A DNA stretch of 64,000 nt. Origin: Vulcanimicrobiales bacterium. Lineage in GTDB: Bacteria; Vulcanimicrobiota; Vulcanimicrobiia; Vulcanimicrobiales; Vulcanimicrobiaceae. The notes beneath the pieces were generated by a model, which was not told the DNA's origin, searched no databases, and worked only from the letters and a program-made list of their open reading frames with translations. Shown in pieces: positions 1-10,953 of this stretch. Within the stretch, counting starts at the first letter, position 1; the number at the start of each line of letters is the position of its first letter. Both the position numbers and the translations under genes were made by a program. The stretch covers positions 1 to 64,000 of the forward strand of contig JBBRLI010000007.1 in assembly GCA_038231455.1 (NCBI GenBank). Reading direction: 5' to 3'.

Positions 1-601
1 CTAGAGTATCCATGCTTGCAACGACGACAAACTCGTTGTGTTGAAAATATCGGCCGACCCAGCGCGGGAACGGGAACGAATATGATGTATCGAGTGCAAA
101 ACCGGTCGCTTTCATGATTTCTGCAAGTGCGGCGAAATCACAGAACGCTACGTGCGTTGGATCGGATGCGAACCCGCGTTCCTGCGGCGTGATTGCCACG
201 AGTCTCCCGCCGGGACGTAGGAAGCGCGCATAGTCCTTTACGATCGTCCGAGCTTCGATCGCGCTCAAGTGTTCGAGAACATGTGAAAACAAGAGCGTGT
301 CGAAAAGACCGCGCCCAGTCTTTTCCCACTCTGCTGCGAACGTCGTGGATGAGAATACTTCGAGTCCCTGCGCACGACAGATCGCGATCGCGCGATCGTT
401 GTGTTCGACGCCGACGGCACGGCCGGCAAGCGTCTTGAGGTGACGCCCTAAGCCCGAGCCGACTTCGAGTACGGCTCCGGTGCAAATCCGCCGGATGTTG
501 AAACGATACGGAATCTGGACATCGATGAAACGTTTCCATCCGCGCTGTTGACTCTCGAGAAAGGCTGCGTAGTCATCAGTCGACGTTGGGGCTTCTTTCA
601 T
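1..601 (-). CDS. Class I SAM-dependent methyltransferase (runs off the left edge; not in ORF track)
   Basis: Manual translation from ATG at 601 (GAGG upstream): MKEAPTSTDDY...VLEVGSGLGRHL...FSHVLEHL...LRPGGRL. SAM motif I and the HVLEH motif are present; the frame is open to base 1. Confidence 0.85.
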   Translation of the reverse strand, partial: MKEAPTSTDDYAAFLESQQRGWKRFIDVQIPYRFNIRRICTGAVLEVGSGLGRHLKTLAGRAVGVEHNDRAIAICRAQGLEVFSSTTFAAEWEKTGRGLFDTLLFSHVLEHLSAIEARTIVKDYARFLRPGGRLVAITPQERGFASDPTHVAFCDFAALAEIMKATGFALDTSYSFPFPRWVGRYFQHNEFVVVASMDTL

Positions 602-607
602 GTGTCC

Positions 608-1639
608 TCAGTTACGCGCAAGCGAAGAATTCTCGTCGAGGACGAGCGCCTGGCGTTCGTTCCGCGAACGCTTTTCAAGCGTCCCGCGGCTGATTCTCAC
701 CTTGAGCGTCCTACTCGCCTCGGACACATCGTAAGCGACGGCCTGCAGCATTAGCTGAAACCCGATAATGAAAAACAGCAAAGCGAGAACGACGGTCCCC
801 GACGTCCGCGGAAGGTCGGTCACGTGCGACTCGTGCCATTGGTAAAGACCGAAAATCGCCCCGATTGCAAAAAGCGGGATGCCGAGCGCCGCATAGAGCG
901 TCGCGACGTTGATGTCCGCGATGACGTACTGCGTGAAGAGCCGACGAACCGTTCGCCGAAACAACGGGCCAGGGAATGAGACGAGCGTTTTGGCGATTGA
1001 AAGACTGCTATTCTCACCAGAGTAGATCGGATCCATTTCAAGTTCTGCGATCGGTGCTCGCCGTATCCCGAGCGCACACAAGAGATCGATCTCGAAGAAA
1101 TACCGATCTGCCAGCCGCTTAAGATCGAGATCCCGCAGCGCTTCGGAACGTACAGCGATATAGCCATTCGTCGGATCGATCAAATTCCAATATCCGCTCG
1201 CTATCTTTACGAGAAAGGAAAGTCCGGAGTTGCCGACGAGCCTGACGATCGGCATCGTCGCGAGCAAGGCGCTCGAGCCGAATCGATTTCCCTTTACGAG
1301 CGAGAGATACGGATGATCTCGCAAGAGGTTAACCATGTATGGGATAAACGACGCGTCCATTTGATCGTCCGAGTCGAGTTTGACGACAATTTCGGCTCCG
1401 GCTTCCAACGCCGCGGCGAAGCCAGCTTTCGTCGCTCCGCCAACTCCGCGATTTTCCGGCAGCCGGACGACGTGCACGCGGGGGTCGGAAACAAATGCCG
1501 CCGTCACAACCTCGGCTGAATGCTCTGGGCAAGCGTCGTCAACCACGACGACCGCGTCCACGAAATGCAACGCGCGTTCGATGACGCTAATGATCGTCTT
1601 CGAGGCCCGGTACGCTGGAATGACGGCCAAAAGGCTCAT
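608..1639 (-). CDS. GT2 glycosyltransferase, polyprenol-phosphate (DPM1-like) type with C-terminal TM helices
   Basis: VIPAY, VVVDDAC, NRGVGGA, KLDSDDQ, DPTNGY and YFFEIDLL motifs; hydrophobic C-terminus. Confidence 0.9.
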   Translation of the reverse strand: MSLLAVIPAYRASKTIISVIERALHFVDAVVVVDDACPEHSAEVVTAAFVSDPRVHVVRLPENRGVGGATKAGFAAALEAGAEIVVKLDSDDQMDASFIPYMVNLLRDHPYLSLVKGNRFGSSALLATMPIVRLVGNSGLSFLVKIASGYWNLIDPTNGYIAVRSEALRDLDLKRLADRYFFEIDLLCALGIRRAPIAELEMDPIYSGENSSLSIAKTLVSFPGPLFRRTVRRLFTQYVIADINVATLYAALGIPLFAIGAIFGLYQWHESHVTDLPRTSGTVVLALLFFIIGFQLMLQAVAYDVSEASRTLKVRISRGTLEKRSRNERQALVLDENSSLARN

Positions 1640-2574
1640 GCGCGGCTCTTTTGCGGGGGCTGAAGGCTGGCCTCCGAGCGGGCGAGCAGCAGACGCAATT
1701 TTGCCCTTCCGGCTGAAAAACGACCGCGAAAAAAATCACTTGCCGCAGCGAGCAAGAGATTGATCCGCACGAGTGGCATCGCACGTGCAACGAATTCCGC
1801 CCGGTGCAGCGCGTGTTCTGCTGCCCGACCGGCCGTGCGTAAATAGAGCGTCATTTCTTCAAGAAAACGAGCGCCGTCGTCAGTGAGCGTCTTCGTCGTC
1901 GATGACGCGTGCCGTCGATAGCGGTATGCCGCACGTCTGGTTCCAACGATTTCACGTCCGGCGAAGAGCACGTCCAAGTACAAATCTAGGTCGACGACCT
2001 GTCTCAGCACTGTCGAAAACGCCGGGGATCGTAAGTCGGATCGCCGGTACATGACAGTTGGGCACATAATAAAATCGCCGATACACAGTCGAACGATGCC
2101 GGCTTCGCCTGCAAGCACGAACTCGTTTGTAACTGGAGCGAGCGCGGTCTTTACGAGATCGGGTAGCGAAAACGTCGGGCGCCCGGCAGCGTCGATGATA
2201 TCCGCGAAACAGAAGTATAACGATCCTGACGGATTTCGCTCGGCAAGGTCGAGCATGCGCATGGAGTAGTCTTTTCGCAACTGATCGTCGGCATGAACGA
2301 TCGTCACGAACGTCGTCGTCGCTTCCGCAAGGCAACGATTCCATGCGTTCCCAATTCCATGCGCATCAGTATTTCGAACGTATCGGATTCGTTCGTCACG
2401 AAAACGCAAGACGAGCGACTTGTACCGAGTCGAATTGTCGCGCGAGTCGTCGACGACGACAAGCGACCACAATCCGCTTTGGGCAAGAACGCTCTCAATC
2501 GCGATTTGCACGTAAGCTTCAGATTGATTGTACACTGGAATGGCAAACGTCAACAACGGGCCGCCGCTAACCAT
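1636..2574 (-). CDS. GT2 glycosyltransferase
   Basis: AIPVYN, VVVDDS, GIGNAWN, HADD and YRYRRH motifs; start overlaps the upstream stop (TTG 2577 or ATG 2574). Confidence 0.9.
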   Translation of the reverse strand: MVSGGPLLTFAIPVYNQSEAYVQIAIESVLAQSGLWSLVVVDDSRDNSTRYKSLVLRFRDERIRYVRNTDAHGIGNAWNRCLAEATTTFVTIVHADDQLRKDYSMRMLDLAERNPSGSLYFCFADIIDAAGRPTFSLPDLVKTALAPVTNEFVLAGEAGIVRLCIGDFIMCPTVMYRRSDLRSPAFSTVLRQVVDLDLYLDVLFAGREIVGTRRAAYRYRRHASSTTKTLTDDGARFLEEMTLYLRTAGRAAEHALHRAEFVARAMPLVRINLLLAAASDFFRGRFSAGRAKLRLLLARSEASLQPPQKSRA

Positions 2575-3101
2575 CAACGAACCTGAAATGTGGCGATTTT
2601 GGATACATAGACGCGAATCCCCGAATGCGCCACGACGCCCCAGGCGAATTGATGGCGCCCTGGTTTCAGCACGTCGGTTTCGACGCGAATGTGAAAGCCG
2701 CTCTTGGCGAGCTCCGGGTTGTGAAACGCTTTCGCAACATCCGGCCGCAAGGTCCCGTAGCTCGCGCGGACGACTCCACTGTCGAGAAAGAGCACGATCC
2801 CAGCAGCGACATTTCCTTCGTGCGCGTCAACAGCCCAACCGCTGACATCAATCGTTGCCCCAAGTGGAACGATACCAGTAAAACCGTGGGCACCAATTTC
2901 CTTACCATTAATCTGAATGGAATCGATCGCGACGCTTCCACCGGGTACGCGCTCAAGCTCATCGGCAACCGTGATCTGCGGCGCGACGCTGCGAACGGAC
3001 TCACGCGTGAGAAGAATCGAAACTGCGACCGCGACGATAGCGAGAATCGCGATTGCTGTGATTCCGACTATTTCACGGCGACTACGGTTGAGGCGTAACA
3101 A
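2574..3101 (-). CDS. Membrane-anchored exported protein with Ig-like 'GW..RxDVA..GF..LxPGxH' domain
   Basis: N-terminal TM segment followed by VSGWAVD...YGTLRPDVAKAF...SGF...LKPGRH; inside the glycan operon. Confidence 0.7.
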   Translation of the reverse strand: MLRLNRSRREIVGITAIAILAIVAVAVSILLTRESVRSVAPQITVADELERVPGGSVAIDSIQINGKEIGAHGFTGIVPLGATIDVSGWAVDAHEGNVAAGIVLFLDSGVVRASYGTLRPDVAKAFHNPELAKSGFHIRVETDVLKPGRHQFAWGVVAHSGIRVYVSKIATFQVR

Positions 3102-5061
3102 CGACTTCGTATCTTTCAGGAATTCGATAGGCGGTGAGGCCGTCCGCGCTAACTGCGGACAGGAAGAAGCGGTGACGTCCCGGCGTCAATACGCGCCGAA
3201 GCTCGAAACCGACTTGGGGATCGACCCCTTTGAAATGGGCGACGTCTTCACGTCGTTCGATCTGTCGAACCTCGGATCGATTACCATCGAGCGTGAGCAG
3301 TATTGAATCGAGCCGTCCACCGGGAATCGCCCAACCTCCAACATACAGCGTGCCCGATGGGCAGGTGACGACCTTATCCGGAAGCAGTGGGCACGAATCG
3401 ATCGTCGCAATTTCAATCGTGTGAGCTATTTGACCCTCGCCTCGGAAATAATTCCGATACGGAACGGCGAAATGGCTCGCGAGATAATACCGCTGCACGA
3501 TGGTCGGGAGTGCAAAACTCGCCTCGATATTGACAACGAGGAGGACGCCAACAAGCCCGATCGTGGAAACGCGAGAGGCGAGTCTTGGCGATCGAAGGAG
3601 CGCAGGCGCGTAAGTGAATACGACGTACCAAATTGGAAACGAAAGCGGGAGCCAGTAACGGCCTTGAAAGCCGAAATCATCCCACCGAAGCCACAGCATC
3701 AGCATAATCGCGCTGAAGAGCACGACAGCAAAAATCATTGGATCTCTGACGAATATCGCAAACGCGCGACCGAATCGCCTCTGCACGACGCGGCGAATGA
3801 TGCGAACGAGCAGGACGATCGAGGAGACGCAGACCGCCGCCATGATGACGACCGTCGCATAACGGATCGTCGACGTAATCAACGTTGTCCACGTCTCGTT
3901 CCCAATCGAGAGCGGCGTATCCATCCATCCAAATATCCCCCAAAAGCTCCGAGCAGCAGCACCGTCGAAATAAAACGACCGCAACGCGCGCAACGTCTCG
4001 TCGGCCGCATGCGCGACGATCGCAAGCGGACCAGCTTGCGAGGCGGTCGCCCATGCGACGTGGGCTGCGGGTGCCGAGAACGGATCGAGAACGGCGATCG
4101 TGACGTTCCGCGACATCCACGTCTTAAGGATGAACCATCCGATGGTTGGAAATGCGAATGCCACGCTGGCAAACGCGATTGTCGTTGGTCGCATTCGGCG
4201 TCGCATGGCGATCGAAAGAAAGAGCAGCGCGACCGGTATAGCGACGGCTACGAAATATTGAATCTTCGTCATGTATAACACGCCGAAACCGAGAGCTGTG
4301 AGCATGAACCATTTCCAGCTCGGTTTGCGCCGAAAGAGTGCCGCTAAGAGGAGAGTCGCCGTAACCGCGGTCTCTGCTAAATTATCGGGTTGAATCGATG
4401 CGGCTAGAAACGATTGTTCGGGCAGGAGGCCAACGATCGCGGTCACGGCGATCGCTCGGAACCAGTCGAATCCGGATAGACGCAGCAGTGCGAAACCGCA
4501 GGCTAGCGTGATCGCAAGTAAGGCGACACCGAAAAGCCGCATTGCAAAGAATGACGCGACCATCGAATGCGTCGCGGAACGAACGACACTCGCCGTCGCA
4601 GCGATCATTCCGTAGTAGAGCACTGGATATCGCAGGTGAGTCGACTCCGGTCGTGCCTGGTAGGCTCGCTCGGCAGCGATAGGGAGACCGTTATCGATCG
4701 CGCGGAACATCTCGGGCGTCCCGTAGGCCGGCTCGACAATTTCACCAGGATGAAACGCTATCGCGGGACTCGACACCGCCGTCTGGATATAGGATGTTAG
4801 CGGATCGACGAAACGTAGGTTCGGATCGGGCGCGACCGGCAGGAGTCGTCGAGTGTCCATCAAGGAAAACGCGTAATCGGCGTGCGTGCCTTCGTCCGGA
4901 TTCTGAAAGATCGGAACGACGAACGCCCACTTCATCGCAAGCGCAAGCGAAAGCAGCAGCACAACGAATAGCGACGCTCCGCGGAGCGCACTTCGGGGTT
5001 CAAGGCGAAGCGGCGACAAGGTTTTCAGCCCCGACGCGAAAGGCAATCGACCGTCATGCAT
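3082..5061 (-). CDS. DUF2142-like GT-C membrane protein with C-terminal Ig-like domain
   Basis: PIFQNPDEGTH loop after TM1, YPVLYY, QPDNL, SFWGIFGW and QGRYWLP; many TM helices; C-terminal VGGWA...RREDVA...LTPGRH domain. Confidence 0.75.
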   Translation of the reverse strand: MHDGRLPFASGLKTLSPLRLEPRSALRGASLFVVLLLSLALAMKWAFVVPIFQNPDEGTHADYAFSLMDTRRLLPVAPDPNLRFVDPLTSYIQTAVSSPAIAFHPGEIVEPAYGTPEMFRAIDNGLPIAAERAYQARPESTHLRYPVLYYGMIAATASVVRSATHSMVASFFAMRLFGVALLAITLACGFALLRLSGFDWFRAIAVTAIVGLLPEQSFLAASIQPDNLAETAVTATLLLAALFRRKPSWKWFMLTALGFGVLYMTKIQYFVAVAIPVALLFLSIAMRRRMRPTTIAFASVAFAFPTIGWFILKTWMSRNVTIAVLDPFSAPAAHVAWATASQAGPLAIVAHAADETLRALRSFYFDGAAARSFWGIFGWMDTPLSIGNETWTTLITSTIRYATVVIMAAVCVSSIVLLVRIIRRVVQRRFGRAFAIFVRDPMIFAVVLFSAIMLMLWLRWDDFGFQGRYWLPLSFPIWYVVFTYAPALLRSPRLASRVSTIGLVGVLLVVNIEASFALPTIVQRYYLASHFAVPYRNYFRGEGQIAHTIEIATIDSCPLLPDKVVTCPSGTLYVGGWAIPGGRLDSILLTLDGNRSEVRQIERREDVAHFKGVDPQVGFELRRVLTPGRHRFFLSAVSADGLTAYRIPERYEVVVTPQP

Positions 5062-5102
5062 CTAGAGATCCGTTTGATTCCTTCGGGCGTGTAGACCAAA
5101 GG

Positions 5103-7169
5103 TTGTTCGCTTCGTTGAAAACGATCACGAATCGCCGTATTGCCCAAGTCATTGCTGCCCTCTTCATTGCTCTGGTAGCAATTCGAATCCCGCAGACGGC
5201 CCGTCCCTCACTTGACTCTGCCTGGGCACTCGCGCTCACGATTGCTCACGATAAACACCTGATCTTTGGGCGTGACATTGCTTTCACGTTCGGTCCGCTC
5301 GGATATTTGATCAGCGGTATTGCCACCCCGGGGACGCTCGTCTCGATGGCCCTCTGGTCGGGCGGTGTCGCGCTTCTATTCGCAACGGCCGTGAGCGTCG
5401 CGGTCGCAACGAGCACGACGCTCGGATCCCGCGTCGCTCTTGGCCTAGCGTTCATTGCGATCGCGGCAACCCCGATCGGTGAGGACTATCTCTTTCTCTT
5501 TGGCTTCCTCATTGCGCTTGGAACGTCATGGTGGTTCGCGCCGCAGCGACTCGTTCCGACGGCGGTGGGTCTTGGGTCGCTGTGCGGCGTTGCCGCCCTG
5601 ACAAAGTTCACGCTCGCGATCGATTGCGGAGGAGCGGCGACACTCTTCCTAATCGGTAACATCGCGCTTGCATCTCCGGAGCGACGCGCGCTCTGGGTGC
5701 GCGCATCCCTGGCCTTCTCAACGGGTTTCTTGGCCCTGGCTCTTACGACGTTCGCGCCGGGCACACATCAGATTGTCGTCGCTTTCACCGCGATCGCGCT
5801 TGCCATCAGCTCGTACTTTGTATCGCCGCGGCTAGCCGTGCTAGCGACCCTCGCGAGTTCCTCGGTCGCCCTTGCTGGAATCTTGGTGCTCTCACCCGCC
5901 ATCGTGGACTACGTCCGCGTATCGCTTGCCGTCGCCGGTGACTATTCGAGTGCCATGTCTTATCAAGGTCCAGCCGAACACACACTGCTGGCACTCGCGC
6001 TCATGGCTCTCATCGCGATTCCGCTCCTCGGGCTGATGCTCGAGGGCAACATTGGACTCAGCGCGGCGCTCGCATTCGCGCTTTTCGGCGGATTCAAGCA
6101 CGCGTTCGTTCGTCAGGACCTTTTTCACATTCTCTATTTTGCGGTGACTGCGCTCGCGGTTGCAGCAATTGCGTTCTTCGCGGTGCGATCGCTTTGGGCT
6201 CGTCGCTTGGGACTCGGCGCCGTCGTCGCCGCGTCGTTCGGACTCGTTATCGTGTCTCCTTACTCCGCTACCCACACGCCGATTCTTAGTGGCCTCGCCC
6301 CCGTAAATCTCACACAAAACAGCTTGTTGTTCACCGATCTTTTCGCACGTCGCGCTCGGCTGTCAGCAGACAATGCCGCGGCCCTGGAGCCGGACCGATT
6401 ACCGCCTGCGATCGTGGCAAAGCTTGGCGCGGCACCGGTCGACATCGAACCGGTCGAGGCCACCATCGCCATCGCCAGCGGCTTAAATTGGTCCCCGGTG
6501 CCGACGCTTCAGGCGTATGCGGCTTACGACCGCCTTCTCGACGATCTTAACCTCGCAAGTATCCGCGATCGGCCCCTTGGGCATGTGCTATACACGTGGG
6601 ATGCGATCGACTCACGCTACGCATTCGGCGACTCGCCGCAGATGATGCTCGCACTCGCCTGCCGCTACGCCATCGATGGGCCACCGGCAACGACCCTTGG
6701 TGGGACGGTCGTCTCCGTCCTAGCGGGCCCCACCCGTGACCGGTGCACGCCCGCCGCACCAACGATGACGCAGCGCATCCGCTTCGGTCAAATCGTCACG
6801 ATCGATCACGACCCGCAAGATTCGACGCTTATCGAGACGCTAGCAATCGAGACGCACTATTCGTTCCTCGGTCGACTCCGCAAGAGTCTTTTCCGAATCG
6901 GTTACTTGTACCTCACGCTGTATTTCGATGACAAGACGACCGTTATCTATCGCATCGTGCCCGAAGCAGCGGCGCTCGGGATGATCGTCGAGCCCAGCCC
7001 CCGTTCGCAAGGCGACGCTCAGTCATTCTTTGCTACGACACTACGCCCCAACGTCGAGGCAATCTCTGTCTCGACCGACGAACCAACGACCTTTTCCAGC
7101 GACCTTACGATCTCGCTTTCCAACCGGCATCGCGCATCCGTCAAACGCGCAGCCTTGATTACGCGCTAA
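5103..7169 (+). CDS. Polytopic membrane protein, putative GT-C-type glycan-modifying enzyme with extracytoplasmic C-terminal domain
   Basis: SLDSAW...[31 protein letters not shown] and IDSRY; many TMs. Start taken at TTG 5103 (or 5115) because the 4794 extension overlaps the divergent gene. Confidence 0.7.
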   Translation: MFASLKTITNRRIAQVIAALFIALVAIRIPQTARPSLDSAWALALTIAHDKHLIFGRDIAFTFGPLGYLISGIATPGTLVSMALWSGGVALLFATAVSVAVATSTTLGSRVALGLAFIAIAATPIGEDYLFLFGFLIALGTSWWFAPQRLVPTAVGLGSLCGVAALTKFTLAIDCGGAATLFLIGNIALASPERRALWVRASLAFSTGFLALALTTFAPGTHQIVVAFTAIALAISSYFVSPRLAVLATLASSSVALAGILVLSPAIVDYVRVSLAVAGDYSSAMSYQGPAEHTLLALALMALIAIPLLGLMLEGNIGLSAALAFALFGGFKHAFVRQDLFHILYFAVTALAVAAIAFFAVRSLWARRLGLGAVVAASFGLVIVSPYSATHTPILSGLAPVNLTQNSLLFTDLFARRARLSADNAAALEPDRLPPAIVAKLGAAPVDIEPVEATIAIASGLNWSPVPTLQAYAAYDRLLDDLNLASIRDRPLGHVLYTWDAIDSRYAFGDSPQMMLALACRYAIDGPPATTLGGTVVSVLAGPTRDRCTPAAPTMTQRIRFGQIVTIDHDPQDSTLIETLAIETHYSFLGRLRKSLFRIGYLYLTLYFDDKTTVIYRIVPEAAALGMIVEPSPRSQGDAQSFFATTLRPNVEAISVSTDEPTTFSSDLTISLSNRHRASVKRAALITR

Positions 7170-8238
7170 TCGTTTTCTTCGATTCGGCTTCCCAACGCTC
7201 GCTGTTCTTCTCGTACATGTCCTTGATGAGCGCGGTCATGTCGTAACGCTGCTTCCAGGCGGGGAAGTGCGCTTGAAATTTCGATGTGTCACTGATATAC
7301 CAAATGTGGTCGCCGATACGGTTGTCTTCCGTATACGTCCACTGCAACCGGCGGCCAGCCGCGGCTTCGCAGAGTTCGATCGCCTCGATCATCGAACAAT
7401 TGCTGAAACGAGAACCGCCCATGTTGTAGACTTCGCCGATGCGCGGTGCTCGATAGAACTCATCGAGCGCCGAGACCAAATCGAAACTATGAATGTTGTC
7501 GCGAACTTGTTTGCCTTTATATCCAAAAACGGTATACGGTAGACCGACGGCCGTACATTTCATCAGGTACGCAAGGAAACCGTGCAATTTCGTGCCCGAA
7601 TGATTAGGACCGGTCAAACAGCCGCCCCGAAACACGCCCGTCTTCATTCCGAAGTAGCGACCGTATTCTTGAACCAGAACGTCGGCCGCAACTTTCGAGG
7701 CGCCAAAGAGCGAGTGCTTCGTCTGGTCGATGCGCATCGTTTCGTCGATGCCCGCAGATTCCGGCAGCTCCCACCGTTTTTCTTGTTCGACCAGCGGCAA
7801 CTCGTTAGGTGCATCGCCATAGACTTTGTTCGTAGACGTAAAAATGAATACTGCGTCGGGGGCGTGCTTTCGTGTCATTTCGAGCATCACGAGCGTGCCG
7901 TTTGCGTTCACCGTGAAATCCATGAACGGATCGCTTGCGGCCCAATCGTGAGAAGGTTGTGCCGCCGCGTGTACCACAAGCGTGATCGATTTGCCATACT
8001 TTACGAACAGCGCATCGATCGCGCTCTGGTCGCGGATATCTGCATCGTGATGCGTGTAGGCCTTCGGATATTTCGCTACGAGCGAATCGCGATTCCACGT
8101 GGTCGATGCATCCGCCCCGAAGAAGCGCTGCCGAAAGTTGTTGTCGATACCAACGACATCGAATCCCCGATCGCAAAAGTAGCTGACGGTTTCGGATCCG
8201 ATGAGTCCGGCAGAGCCGGTGACGAGAACAACAGACAC
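7159..8238 (-). CDS. NAD-dependent epimerase/dehydratase (CDP-paratose 2-epimerase RfbE-like)
   Basis: [32 protein letters not shown] and [17 protein letters not shown] before GTG. Confidence 0.9.
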   Translation of the reverse strand: MSVVLVTGSAGLIGSETVSYFCDRGFDVVGIDNNFRQRFFGADASTTWNRDSLVAKYPKAYTHHDADIRDQSAIDALFVKYGKSITLVVHAAAQPSHDWAASDPFMDFTVNANGTLVMLEMTRKHAPDAVFIFTSTNKVYGDAPNELPLVEQEKRWELPESAGIDETMRIDQTKHSLFGASKVAADVLVQEYGRYFGMKTGVFRGGCLTGPNHSGTKLHGFLAYLMKCTAVGLPYTVFGYKGKQVRDNIHSFDLVSALDEFYRAPRIGEVYNMGGSRFSNCSMIEAIELCEAAAGRRLQWTYTEDNRIGDHIWYISDTSKFQAHFPAWKQRYDMTALIKDMYEKNSERWEAESKKTISA

Positions 8239-8259
8239 GTAGAATTCCTTTGGGCTTCT

Positions 8260-9360
8260 TCAGTTTGCCCAGATGCGGCGCACGAGGTCTTCCGATTCGT
8301 GAATCCAGTTAAAAATATCGACGAGGGTTTCTTTTGCGCTCTTGCGCGGACGCCAGCCGAGCGCCCCGGATACGCGAGAATTATCGGTAACGTACAATTT
8401 TAGATCCGCCGGCCGATTTTCACGAACGGACGTAACGGGAACGCTATTGCCGGTGATTTCGGCGCAGAGAGCCGTCGTCTCCAGTAACGAGAGACTCGAC
8501 CCCTCACCGCCGCCGACGTTAAAGAGGCGGTGCGGCAAGCGATCGAAGGCTTCGAGCTGCAGCTCGATGAGAGCGCCTAAGTCGTCAATCGATACGAGGT
8601 CGCGTACTTGCTTTCCCGTACCGTTCCACCCAATGTATTTTAGGGGTTGGTGAAAATAGTGCATCGCCATCCACAAGGCGAAGACGCCTTGATCGACTTT
8701 CCCCATTTGCCAGGGGCCGGTGATCACGCCGCAGCGATTGATGACGTACCGAAGGCCAAACGACTCCGCATATTCCTCGATAAAGAGCTCCGAGGCGAGC
8801 TTCGTTGCCCCGTAAAGCGAGCGCGCGCCGGAGGTCGTAAAGCCCTCGCCGATACCGCTTTCCGATACGCCCAACAGCGATTGATCGGGAGCGATTTCTA
8901 AGCGCATCTCGCGTTCCACCGTCGCGATTGCATTCACGGAGGCGACCGGATACACCCGACTCGTCGAGAGAAACACGAAATCCGAGCCGCAACGTCGGGC
9001 GAGTTCCAGGCACCGAATCGTTCCGGCAAGATTGGTGTTTATGATGTAGTCGGTATCGCCGCCTATGCCGGCCAACACGGAGGGCTCGGCCGAGCACTCG
9101 ACGATCAAATCGAACCGTCGGCCCGGGATCGCGAGATCTTCGGCATTACGAATATCGCCATGCGCAAAATCAACGCCCGCTGCTACGAGGCGAGGCAAAT
9201 TCAACTCGGAGCCCCGCCGCCGTAAATTATCCAGCGACGTCACGCGCGCGCTCGGAAAGCGGGCTTTAAGACGAATAGCAAGATTCGAGCCAACGAATCC
9301 CGCGCCCCCGGTGACCAGAATTTCAGAATACGAAGCAGCGGTTGATTTCGGTCCGGGCAT
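8260..9360 (-). CDS. NAD-dependent epimerase/dehydratase (RfbE-like paralog)
   Basis: VTGGAGFVG, SAEPSVLAG, STSRVY, YGATK, GPWQMGKVDQG and GKQVRD. Confidence 0.9.
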   Translation of the reverse strand: MPGPKSTAASYSEILVTGGAGFVGSNLAIRLKARFPSARVTSLDNLRRRGSELNLPRLVAAGVDFAHGDIRNAEDLAIPGRRFDLIVECSAEPSVLAGIGGDTDYIINTNLAGTIRCLELARRCGSDFVFLSTSRVYPVASVNAIATVEREMRLEIAPDQSLLGVSESGIGEGFTTSGARSLYGATKLASELFIEEYAESFGLRYVINRCGVITGPWQMGKVDQGVFALWMAMHYFHQPLKYIGWNGTGKQVRDLVSIDDLGALIELQLEAFDRLPHRLFNVGGGEGSSLSLLETTALCAEITGNSVPVTSVRENRPADLKLYVTDNSRVSGALGWRPRKSAKETLVDIFNWIHESEDLVRRIWAN

Positions 9361-9445
9361 CGAGAGCAAAACTTCGGAACCACCAGCGGGTTTCCCGCGC
9401 TTGCCCCAGGCGAGGACCGTTCGGCGAGGGAAAACTCCGCTGCAT

Positions 9446-10414
9446 ATGATCGCCTACGTCACCGGAGGAGCTGGATTTCTCGGCTCCCACCTCTGCGACC
9501 GCCTCCTTGCCGACGGGTACATCGTCGTCGTATTCGATAACCTCATAACCGGGGCGAAGCGGAACTTAACCGGAGCCCTGGCGACCGGCAACTGCACGCT
9601 CGTCGAAACCGACGTCAGCGAGCCGCTTGACCTTATGGTACTTTCGCCCGATCTGCGCAAGCCAGATATCATTTTGCATTTTGCGTCGCCGGCAAGCCCG
9701 GTCGACTATGGGCGCGATCCGATTGGAACGCTTCGCGTGAACGCGTTTGGGATCGCACATCTCTGCACGCTCGCCGCACAAACCAACGCCCGTCTCTTTA
9801 TGGCCTCGACCTCCGAGTCGTATGGCGATCCCCTCGAACATCCGCAGCGAGAAACGTACTGGGGCAATGTCAATCCCGTCGGCGTTCGCGCGTGTTACGA
9901 CGAAGCCAAACGCTTTGCCGAAGCCTACGTCACCTCGGCCGTTCGAGCGCTCGGCATCGACGGACGGGTCGTCCGGATCTTCAATACGTACGGCCCGCGA
10001 ATGCAACCCGGCGATGGACGCGTCATCCCAAACTTCTGCATGTCGGCACTGCACGGAAAACCACTGACGATCTACGGCGACGGTTCGCAAACACGGAGTT
10101 TCTGTTACGTCGATGATTTGATCGACGGCATCGTGCGCTTCGCGCTCGCACCGGATCTGGCTGGCGCCGTGATCAATATCGGCAACCCCGGCGAGTTTAC
10201 GATCGCCGAACTTGCCAAGATCGTCGCGCAATCCGTAGGCGTCCCACTCTCTTTCGAGCAACAGTCGCTCCCGCCGGACGATCCCACGCGACGCAAGCCC
10301 GATATCAGCGTCGCGCGCGAGCGTTTAGGGTGGGAACCGCGAATCGATTTAGCGACCGGTCTCGAGCGAACGATCGCGTATTTCCGGGACCTCGTACTCG
10401 AAACATCGCGTTAG
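9446..10414 (+). CDS. uxs: UDP-glucuronate decarboxylase (UDP-xylose synthase) family
   Basis: ATG 9446 MIAYVTGGAGFLGSH; HFASPASP, ASTSESYGDP, YWGNVNP, CYDEAKR, RIFNTYGPRM and GSQTRSFCYVDD. Confidence 0.9.
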   Translation: MIAYVTGGAGFLGSHLCDRLLADGYIVVVFDNLITGAKRNLTGALATGNCTLVETDVSEPLDLMVLSPDLRKPDIILHFASPASPVDYGRDPIGTLRVNAFGIAHLCTLAAQTNARLFMASTSESYGDPLEHPQRETYWGNVNPVGVRACYDEAKRFAEAYVTSAVRALGIDGRVVRIFNTYGPRMQPGDGRVIPNFCMSALHGKPLTIYGDGSQTRSFCYVDDLIDGIVRFALAPDLAGAVINIGNPGEFTIAELAKIVAQSVGVPLSFEQQSLPPDDPTRRKPDISVARERLGWEPRIDLATGLERTIAYFRDLVLETSR

Positions 10415-10953
10415 TGGCGATCGCCGCTGCACTTCTTGCCGGATTGGCAACCGCCGGTGTTTCGTATCGAGCGCGACTCGATCGCTCGATCGTCCTCGGT
10501 TGGTCGCTCGTCGCGGCGATCGTATGCGGCTCGATCGTGCATACGCTAGTCGCGCCGGACGAACGCCTGGCGACGATCGAGATGACCGTTCCGGATTTTT
10601 CCGTACCGGCGGATGTCAGCGGACTGCAAGGCACGAGCAGCCTCGACGCTGCGACCAAGAGCCCCGGCGGCGTTGTTGTTTCCGGCTGGATATTCGATGA
10701 ACGCACGCACGGGGCGGGAGATGCAATGTACCTCGACGTGGACGGCGTGACGCGCATCGAGGGCACCTACGGCGAAGCGCGCGCCGACGTCGCGGCGGCG
10801 TTTCATACCGCGACCGCAGAGCGGGTCGGATTTCGCGTCACGATTGCGCCCGGCGTGCTCGCACCGGGCGAGCATCGCGCACGCCTCGGCTTACGCGTCG
10901 GCAGCGAACGATTCGAATCCGTCCGCCGGTACGCGCTCCCCGTTTTGCCTTAA
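10414..10953 (+). CDS. Two-TM protein with Ig-like 'GW..RxDVA..GF..LxPGxH' domain
   Basis: GTG overlaps the uxs stop; VSGWIFD...YGEARADVAAAF...VGF...LAPGEH. Confidence 0.7.
   Translation: MAIAAALLAGLATAGVSYRARLDRSIVLGWSLVAAIVCGSIVHTLVAPDERLATIEMTVPDFSVPADVSGLQGTSSLDAATKSPGGVVVSGWIFDERTHGAGDAMYLDVDGVTRIEGTYGEARADVAAAFHTATAERVGFRVTIAPGVLAPGEHRARLGLRVGSERFESVRRYALPVLP

Noticed and set aside
420-500. Possible tRNA or structured RNA near the window start
   Set aside because: The region lies inside the minus-strand methyltransferase ORF; no cloverleaf or T-loop consensus.
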